This document shows, piece by piece, positions 54,510-64,000 of a DNA stretch of 64,000 bases. Positions within the stretch are counted from its first letter, which is position 1. Every line of letters starts with the position of its first letter. The notes beneath the pieces were generated by a model, which was not told the DNA's origin, did not search any database, and saw only the letters and a list, made by a program, of their open reading frames with translations. The stretch comes from Vicugna vicugna (Eukaryota): contig MU058213.1 in NCBI GenBank assembly GCA_013265495.1, positions 3,844,001 to 3,908,000 of the forward strand. Reading direction: 5' to 3'. The position numbers were made by a program, and so were the translations under genes.

Positions 54510-57255
54510 TGATCACCCTCACTGATTCAAAAAACAAGTATGTACCACTTGCCAGGCAAAATGCTAGGTGCTTTGCAGGTAATTATCTCCTTTAAAGGTT
54601 AGAGTATTTCATAACTGGTTTCTATCAAAGCTAAGGATTTGAGATTTTACCCAGTAGGAATCCACTTAGGTTTAAAGCAGGAGGAGAACTTAATGAGATT
54701 TTTAAGGCCATGGTTAACCAGTAGCAGGTGGACTAGAGTAACAAGACCAATTAGAAGACAATTTCAGTGGCCCACAGAATGGCACTGAATGTCTGAACTA
54801 AACTATGAAGGTGAGAAACTGGATTTAAGAGTTATTGCTGAGGTGGAATGAATAGACTTTGGTGGCTGACTAAAAATTATTAGGTAAGAAAGAGGAAAAA
54901 TCCAGGAATGGTTTCAAGGTGATAGCATATTCACTCAGTCACCCAAACCTGTCTTTAACCAAGACTTGGCTACAGAAATTAGGAAAGGTTTGTCAGCTGT
55001 GTTCACTTTTAGAAACCTAAATTCTAAGGCACCCACAAGATTTCCAACCATGTCCTTTAGGCATCAGGCAATCTAGCAACAGAACTACAGTGCGAGTTAA
55101 GCACAAAGGAGAACCAAAAACTGAACCCCAAGTATCCCAACACTTCATGGAGAAGCCAAAAGACAGACCTGATCTCTTGTGGGTTTCTGCGACATCCAGA
55201 GCCTCCTTTTTCTGACCATTTCTTGGTCTTGTTTTTTTTCTCCTACTGTCAGCTCCAAAATTAGAATGTTCTCCAAGACTCAGTCACTGGCCCTCTGTTT
55301 CTCATTATAAAATATTCTTTACAGGAATCATCTTAGTTTGAAACTCTGTGCTACTTAATGAGAGAGATACATTTCTAAGAAAACTTGATCTATGTTTTCT
55401 TCTGTTGCCCGAGCCTTCAGGATTTTTCAACTTGCATTTCTGTTTCAAACTCAGTATGACTAAAACTGAAGTCATTATATCTTTTGGCTCCAACTCAGAA
55501 CATAATAGCACTTGTATTCCTTGAGCTTCTCATATTTGAAACCTTGAGAGTTCTTGGACTCCTTTCTCTCCTCTACCCAATAGGGTCCAAAAAGCATGCA
55601 AGTCTCATCTCTTCTTCCTTTAAAACCATTTAAACTCTTCCCTTTCTCTCTCTCCTTCCATTGCTCTGTTAACCTATTCCAGATCCTCATCACTTCACTC
55701 TTAAATTACTACTTTCTAGTCTTGTTAAAGACCATATTATGATAACCAGCCTATACTGTATCATATCCACGTCCAAACTCCTCTGCCTATCATTCAGGTT
55801 TCTCCATGTGGTATTTCCATACGCTACCAACTTAAAATAGCCATCCTCTGTCTTCTTTTACTCATCTTTTGTGTTTTTCCAGGTGTACTCACATAGTTCT
55901 GCCAAAATGAATTGCACAATTAGTAATCGGTACATTACCAAATTCTGTAAATGTTTACACTATACCTTCAAAAATATATTCTTAGTATAGTGGTACATAT
56001 AATTGAGTCTTTTGCCCAAAAGATATTTATGCCTTATTTTCTTCTGCTAGATTAGAAGCCACAGAATGCCGAGTAGATCAGCATCTGTTGATTATAACAT
56101 CTTGGAATTTCTTTTTGTCTACCCATGCAGTTAAAGATCAACATGATAATATTAATTTATTAATCCTAGCTCTGCCGCTTACTTGCTGTGAAACCTTGCA
56201 CTATATAAATAATCTCTCTGCCTCAGTTTCCACATCCTTAAATAGGGGTAGTAATAGTACCTTACTCACAGGGTTGAAAGCTAAAACTGATTATTTTGCT
56301 TGCAATGAGTACAGAATAGTGAATGACATATGAAAATGCTCAATAAATGTTATTGTTTACTACCACTCCTATTACTTTAAAAGATTAACCATATGCCTCA
56401 TCTGTACTTTTCATATTTAGACTTATCTTTTCGAAACACTTCCTTTCCATATTACCTCATTTGGTTCTTAAACCATAACAATCTGGTGAAGCAGATTATA
56501 AAAGTATTATTTCAGTTTTATAGATGAAACATAGACAAATCAATGTGTCCAAAGTCACAAACCTAGTTTCCTCACCAGCTCTTAAATCCACACGTCCAAC
56601 TAAGAAATCTGCCCTTGAGCCTCAAAATCAGTGTGGACAAAATGAAATTATATACCCCTTCAAAAATCTGTTTTTCTTTGTACACACCCTCTGACATCAC
56701 CACTCACTGAAACAGAAGTAGGTAATAGCATTATTAGTAGATTTAATGCTTCTCTCCCCTCTCCAGACCTAACTGGTCACCAAGCCCCATCAATTCTACC
56801 TTCTTAACATCTCAGACAGACCCCGTCCCCATTCACATGGGCTTTCACCGCCCATCATGGCGTCACTGTCATCACTTCCGTACTGAGCTTCCTGTCTCCA
56901 GTCTCACCCCCAGCATCTGTCCTCTACACTGCTACTCAAGTCATCTGTCCAAATGCAGTTCCTTTCTGAATTCCTTTCTGAATTCTTCAGTGGGTCCCTT
57001 GGATAAAGTCCACCTTTAAAATAACAGCCAGGGCATTCGTAATCGGTCTTCTTTCTGCCACACCAAGATGTCCATATCTGTATCATTATCCTCACAGGCA
57101 CTTGACCCATCTTTATTATCACTGTTTTTATGTACTTTTCTTAACCAAGACCATAAGCTCAAAGATGACAAGAACTTAGTGATATTTATCTTTATGTTCT
57201 TAAAGCCAACAAATGTCTAGCACAAAGAAGGCATCAATAAATATTTTCCAGATGC
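54510..57255. mobile_element. Cluster of degenerate L2 and MIR fragments
   Basis: MIR core tctctgcctcagtttccacatc at ~56215; L2 3' ends at ~54520 and ~57230. Confidence 0.6.
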
Positions 57256-57414
57256 ATTAACAACTGGTCAGAAAAAATATATGATCGGTAAACAGATATC
57301 TAACATCATCTGGCACATAAACAGTTCTCAGTTAAATGTTTAGTGGATAAATAAATGAGTTGATTGCTTTTCAATGATAATTACCAAAACAAAACCAAAA
57401 AAACTCTTCCTTAC

Positions 57415-57672
57415 TTTGTCTGCAAGGAACTGGTTGCGACGCTCTTCAATAAGTTTTTCCACAGCTCTCCTGTGTTCAAGTTGCTTCATTCTCTGCTTTT
57501 GAGCATTCAGTAACTCTATTCGATCATCCTCAGCGAATTTCGCTAGCATAGCTCTTCTAAAGACTTCCTCTTCCTCTTTTGCAGCCTGCAGGACTAGTTC
57601 CTTCAAGGCCATTTGTTCCATAAAATTTTGCTTCAACGCCTTCTGTTTTCTCAATTTCTCTTCTGCTTCTTC
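57415..57672 (-). CDS. MNS1: MNS1 coding exon (EEAEEKLRKQKALKQNFMEQMALKELVLQAAKEEEEVFRRAMLAKFAEDDRIELLNAQKQRMKQLEHRRAVEKLIEERRNQFLADK)
   Basis: Minus-strand attcag| and |gtaagg; 258 nt, phase 0->0; overlaps ORF-track entry 57340..57654; coiled coil with the MLAKFAEDDRIE motif. Upstream exons lie beyond the window. Confidence 0.95.
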
Positions 57673-59429
57673 CTGAATAATACATATAGAAGTTAATTCA
57701 GTAACTATTTCTTTACAGCTGATTTATAAAGACAGGGTAGGATATAGTTTGATGAAGCTTATGGTATAAACTGAAAAATTAAGCCTTTTCAAGATAGTAC
57801 TTTGCCCCATCCTTTAAAAACTAGTAGGTAGATAAAATGTTACCTTTGGCTTGCCTATTTATTACTTACTTTAAATTTTAATTGGTATATATTTACTCTT
57901 GTTTCTGTACTCAGAATTAATACATTAATATTGAAAGCAGCTGATATAAAAAATTTTTTTGCACATCTGATGTTATTAAATCTGTGGTCTGTATACTTTG
58001 TACCAACCATGAATCATTCTAGAATCTTGCCTGAAACGTTCAAATCACTGGTAAATATTTTTCAGAACAATACCTAGCAAAGACAATCAGAAGTATTTCA
58101 GGGAAATTCAAACTTACTTGAAGCAGTTAAAGTCCTTCCTACGAGGCTTAATTTTCCCAATATTTTATTATAAAGATTTCAAACATAACTAAAATATAAA
58201 GAATTTTACAGCAATCACTCATTTTTGCTTTATCATCTATCCAATTAGGATTGATGAAATTTTAAATCATAAACTAAACTAACCAACCTTACTCAATTCT
58301 AATACAAGTTCCAGATAGATAGGCCAGTGTTTTCAAGGCATTCAAAATATTGCCTTAACAACACCTGTGTGGCAAAGATACTTACAGATAACACAAACTG
58401 TAAGGGATTTACTACAGGCCATCAGGTGACATACACAACTTCCAGGAAGGCCAGAGAACCAAGCTGCCATCCCACTGCTCAAATCCCATTTTGGTAACCC
58501 CCGTGATGAGATGACTGCTTTCCCATTTTGCTTATTTCTAGCCTTACACCTTGGAGGTGATGACTGTTGGAGATAAACTAGGTCATATGAAGAATTCTAA
58601 CTAAAAGATGAGAAATGTAGTTTTAACTTAATAGTCTTTATAATAAAGTAAGACAAATGAATTTAAAACAGGGTAGGAGTGGGTTTTAAGTGAGCCAATC
58701 TGCAGTATCAGTTATAGCAACTTTGTTCATTATATTATGTATTCAACCTCTTCTTCATTTATCCCTATCCAATTTCCTTTTCAAATCCTACCTCCTCCAA
58801 AAGTCTCCTCTAATCATTCCAGCTCAGATGTATCTCTTTTGGAACTCTCATACCATTTAATTCTCCCATCATTTAATTTTATTCCACATGTACATGCCTC
58901 AGCTCCACACTAAAAATTTAGAGGGCATATCGTATTTTCCTCTGGGGTGCTGGGCAGATAGTGTTTTTATAATATATAGCTTGTGTTTATTTGCCACATT
59001 TGTATAGAAATCAAAGGCTCACTGAAAGCAAGAGATACTGATCTCAGTTTGCTTTGAATTCCTCTCCAGAACGTATCAAAATACTTTGCACACAGAAATT
59101 TAGTACATGTTGAACCAAATGAACTGTTGACATTTCCTGGCATCCACTTCCCATACAAATTTTAGTTTAATCCAATGGTGAAGACATCTGGCTAAAACAG
59201 GAAAGAGTCTGGCTAAACAAAACACCATTCGTTGTTTTTTTCAACTAGAAGTGTTCGTGTACCCTTTGATGTGTCTGCATCAGTATCATTTAGTTATATA
59301 ATACAAACTAGAAAATTGTTCATCCTTTTCTATGTTCTAAAACCCATTGCGTGGTTTGCAGAATAGCTGTTCACTGAGGATTTCAAGTAATTTTCTGTAT
59401 AAGTACTCTGAGCCCAGAAACTTTTTAGA

Positions 59430-59850
59430 GGTGTCTTAGTCTGGGTTTTCCTCTGAAAGCAAGAGCCTCACATAAGGACGTGTATTTGGATATATCACCG
59501 GGGAGGGAATGTGGGGAAGCAGCAGTGAGGGACAAGCAGGATAAAACAGGGAAGGGCAAAAAGCCAACACAAGGGGGCATCACCGAAGACAATGGACCTT
59601 GTGAGGAATGCATGAACACCTTTCAGGACTTTCTTAAAGGCCAACAGGCGGAGAAGCATCTCTCTCAATTTCTGTCCACTACTGGTTGAGGAATGCCCCA
59701 GGGGTGTTACTTCCCTCCCCAATCCACACCTCCACACCTTAGGAAGCTGGCAGCAAAGAGTGAGTCTAAGCCGTCACAAAGGTTCCCCACAGCTGTCCCT
59801 GAAATCAGAGGTGAGGCTAGAAGGCCGTGGGCAGGGCACAAGAGTCTTCT
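59430..59850. mobile_element. ERVL-type old LTR (LTR16/33-like)
   Basis: Starts tgtcttagtctgggttttcctctgaaagcaagagcct; GC-richer block with LTR-like composition. Confidence 0.55.
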
Positions 59851-60038
59851 GATAGTGGAGATATCCTTAATAATCTTATTTTGTCTAGTTTTTCTACATC
59901 TTTTGAAATCAGTGTATTTTTAACTCAGACACCTGTGCCATTGAGGTTTTCATTTCATTAGTATACAAGTGAATAACCTTTCACTATTTTTCTAATCTTC
60001 TTTTAGACCCTTTATTCCTTCAAATTTTGTTTTTACTG

Positions 60039-60107
60039 GCTCACTGGTAGAGCACATGCTTAGCATGCAGGGGGTCCTGGGTTTAATCCCCAGTACCTCC
60101 ATTAAAA
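60039..60107 (+). mobile_element. 5'-truncated vic-1-like SINE
   Basis: gctcactggtagagcacatgcttagcatgcagggggtcctgggtttaatccccagtacctccattaaaa. Confidence 0.85.
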
Positions 60108-60939
60108 GCATTTTTTTTCTTTTTTATTGTGTTCTTCCAGAGTAAAATCTTTCCCCCTAGTATTAAGCAACTAGGTTAATAAATGCTAATGTGTTCTCCT
60201 GATTTAGTTTACTTCTACTTGTATCCTTATTTCCTTCCATATTCTTACCTCATACTTGAATTTATATTGTTTTTCTCAGTAATGAGTTGACTGCCTAGAT
60301 AATTTTTCCGTTAGTTCTCATTTAATAATTAACTGCCTGATAGATTTTGATGTCATAATCTCACCTCTAAATTGTCTGCAAATATGCTCTTCAACAGGAA
60401 ACTGAATGTTTTTAGATTTTCAGTTAGTTAAAATATTTGTTCTTAATTTCTAGTAACGTTTAAATACCCTTTTCCCCTTGTTTTAGTCCAGTAAATTTTC
60501 TCTGGCGATCTAACAGCTTTTAAAGTTATATACATCAATGCAATGTTACATGGAAGATTAAATGTTCATTTTGCTAAACCTCCCTTAGTGATTATACCTT
60601 TTATCTGTGATATCCTGGATTCATTTGATGTTCCACTTATCCAGCAATAACCCTGCCTACCTGCTTCCCATTTGTTCATATGTCTGTTATACCTTCACTC
60701 ATTTTACTCTTAATGCTTTTGGGGTTGACATTAGGTATATATAAGCAGATTACCTTGAAATGTTTTTAAAAAGAACTATACACATTTTACATTCTTACAC
60801 GCAGTTAATCAGCAAGGATTTAGATAAAATAAGTTTTGATACTATACATGGTATCTGTTTTCTCCTCATTGATGAAACGGTGTATCTAAAATAATGTTTT
60901 ATTTTTATATAGCTGAAAATATTAAAAATACCAATAGCT

Positions 60940-63900
60940 GCAATTTATTGTGTATCTGGCTAGTCATACAGCTTGCTTTATTAAGTGTTCAAACTTTTTG
61001 CTCATTTAAAAAAAAACCTGGGTTCTTTATATTCTATTATCAAGTTACAAGTGTTCTTTACATATTCTGGATAGAAGTAATCTGTAAGATACATGTATAG
61101 GGAAAATTTTCTCCCAGGCTTTGACTTGCATTTTCATTTTCCTAAAAATGCTAGGAATTTAATTTTGATGAAGCCCAATTTATAAACTTTTTCTTTTAAG
61201 ACTCATGCCTTTTTTATCCTTCTAGAAAAAGTCTTTGCCACTTGCAAGTTCATAACAACCTTCTATGTTTTCTTCTAGAAATTCTGTGGCTTCAGCCTTT
61301 TTAATGTCTTACTAATTCTGAGTTCATTTTTCTGTAGTAACATGGCAGAATATAACAAGTGTTGGCAAGGATGTGGAGAAGCTGGAATCCTCCTGCGTTG
61401 GTTTTAGGAATGTAAAATGGTGCAGCCTTTGTGGAAAACAGTTGGGAGTTCCTCAAAAAGTTAAACACAGAAGTACCATGTGACCCAGCAACACCACTCC
61501 TAGGTATATACCCTAAAGAATTTGAAAAAGATATTCAAACAAAAACTTGTATACAAATGTACATAATAGCAGCAACATTCACAACAGTCCAAAAAAAAAA
61601 AAGGTGGAAGCAAACCAAATATTCATCAAGTATTGAATGTATAAACAAAATGTCATATATCCAGTATTATTCAGCCAAAAAAGGAATGAATTACTGATAC
61701 GGGATACATGCTACAAAAATGGATGACTCTCCAAAATACTATTCTAAGGGGAAAAAATCCCAACACAAAAGACCACATATTGTAAGATCCCATTTATATG
61801 ATACATCCAGAACAGCCAAATTCATAAAGACAGAACGCAGACTAGTAGTTGCCCAGGGCTGGAAGAGTACAGAATGGGGAGTGACTGCTCAATGCAAGGT
61901 ATCCTTTTGGGGTAAAGAAGATGCTTTGGAACTAGACAGAGATGATGGCTGCACAACACTGGGAATGTACCAAAGGCTTTTTTTTTTTTTTTTAAATAGT
62001 TCAAGTAGTAAATTTTGTTACATGAATTTTACCTCGATTTAAAAAATTTGTTGGAGAAATACACAATCCACAGTTAGACATCAATAATCCTCTTTCAACA
62101 ACTGACAGAGCAACTAGACAGAAAATCAGCAAGGATAAATAACTCACCACCACCAACAACCAATAGGATCTAATTGATGTTTATAGACCATTTCACCCAA
62201 AATGGCAGGATACATATTCTTTTTAAGGGCTCACAAAACAAATTTAAAGGAAATGGAATCATATTGAGTGTGTTCTCTGATCACAATGGAATCAAACTAG
62301 AAATGAATAATTTTTTAAAAACAGGATGATTCCTAGACATTTGGGGACTAAATAACAAAAGAGAAAGTCTCAAGAAAATAGATACATTGGCGTTAATAAA
62401 AATGTAAAACAAGACATCAAAACTTGTGAGACACAACTAAAAGAGTTTTGAGGGAAATTTATACTGCCAAGTGCATACATTTAGTAAAATGCATTTATAG
62501 CAATAAGTGCATGCATGTAGGAAATGTCCCAAATCAACAATCTATGCTTCCTATACCTTAAGAACTCATAAAAAGGAATCAGAAAGAAAGAGCAGAAACC
62601 AATGGAACTGAAAACAGAAAACCAATGGACAGTATCAATGAAACAAAAGGCTGGCTCTTTTTTTAAAAAATCCGTGAAACTGAAACCGTAATACTCCAAG
62701 AAGAAAACGGTAAGCTCCTCTACTTCAGTCTTGGCAATAATTTTTTTCAATTTGACACCAAAAGCAAAAATAAACAGGTGAGATTACATCAAACTGGAAA
62801 GTTTCATCAGAGCAAAGGAAACGTATGGAATGCAAGAAAACATTTGCGAATACTACCTCTGAGTTAATGTTAATGAGGGGTTAATGTCCAAAATATATAA
62901 AGAAGTCATAAAACTCAATAGAAAAGAACCAAAAACTCTAATTAAAAAATCTAACAGACTTTTTTTCCAGCGAAGATACACAGATGGCCAACAGGTCCAT
63001 GAAGGGTGCTCAACATCACTAAATATGAAGGAAATGCAAATCAAAACAACTATGAGATACCAGAATAGCTATCATCAAAAAAACAAGAGATAGATACTAA
63101 GTGTTGAGTTGTGAGGATGTGGTAAAAGGGAATCCCTGTCACTGCTGGTGGGCATGTAAATTGGTGCAGCCACTATGGAAAACAGTATGGATGTTCCTCA
63201 AAAACTTAAAAGATAGAACTACCATATGATCCAGCAATCCCACTTCTGGGTATGTATCCAAAAGAAATGAAAATAGATCTTAATGAGATATCGGCACTCC
63301 CATGTTCATTGCAGCACTATTTACAATAGCTAAAATATGGAAACAACCTAATTGTCCATCAACAGATGAAATGGTTAAAGCAAATGTGGAATATTCAGCC
63401 ATAAAAAAGGAAATCCTACCGTCTGTGACAACATGAAATGGAACTTGAGGGTATCATGCTAAGTGAAATGAGCTGGACAAAAAGACAAATATTACATGCT
63501 AACACTTAGGTGTGGAATCCAAAATGGAAAAAAACATGTCAGATTCATTGAAACAGTTGAAAAGTGGTTGCCAGAGGCTTGGGAGATGGGAGAAATAGGA
63601 AGAGGTTGGTAAAACAGTACAAATTTACAGCTCTAAGATGAATAAGGTCTGAAGATTTATGTAAAACATGGTAACTACAGTTGATAACACTCTGAAATTT
63701 GCAGAGTAGAATTTAAATATTCTCACAAAAAAAGATAAATATATGAGGTGACAGATGTGTTGACTAGATGGGGTAATCTTTTCACAATGCAAACATTTAT
63801 CAAATCACCATTATGTACACTTTAAATATCTTACCACTTTATATGTCAGTTATACCTCAAGAAAGCTGAAATAAAAAAAAAATTATAACAAAAAACCTAA

Positions 63901-64000
63901 TGCAAGAGTGACCAAATAAACAAACTACCATTATCAGGAATGAAACATGGGATAGCACTAGAGACTCTGCAGACCTTAAAAGAATTAAAGGTATAGTACA
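60940..64000 (+). mobile_element. L1 cluster: minus fragment ~60940-61340; L1MB-like 3' end ~61340-62046 (+); old ORF2 fragment ~62046-62670 resuming after 63885; L1MA9-like ~62675-63883 (+)
   Basis: ORF2 C-terminal peptides in ORFs 61431..61697 and 62884..63093; poly(A) ends at ~62046 and ~63880. Confidence 0.85.

Noticed and set aside
57340..57654. 104-aa ORF as a standalone gene
   Set aside because: It is an MNS1 internal exon (57415-57672) running past the donor into intron.
57673..64000. Further MNS1 exons or a distal TEX9 3'UTR exon
   Set aside because: No coiled-coil reading frame with splice sites found; a non-coding exon cannot be supported from sequence alone.

Overview
Mammalian genomic DNA, AT-rich and dominated by repeats. 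Three tRNA-derived SINEs of vic-1 type suggest a camelid (alpaca, llama or camel). The window holds the 3' portions of two convergent ciliary/sperm-axoneme genes. TEX9 is on the + strand with nine coding exons (1074-49910; all GT-AG, phases consistent; 990 nt, 329 aa plus stop). MNS1 is on the - strand with its last three coding exons (57672 down to 50698). The two stop codons are 787 bp apart. Introns are filled with L1, L2, MIR, MaLR/ERV LTRs and MER/Tigger DNA transposons, including a ~15 kb nested L1 stack at 33.8-49 kb. I found no convincing new biological system. The most notable items are a 190-bp orphan insert with a perfect 15-bp target-site duplication (TSD), an L1 made only of 5'UTR plus 3' tail, a 38-bp patch templated from elsewhere in an inverted L1, a clean twin-primed L1, an RFX X-box in a repeat-free TEX9 intron segment, and a CTCF-like motif between the two gene ends. 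Gene identities rest on recalled human protein sequences. Repeat subfamily names and most repeat boundaries are approximate.
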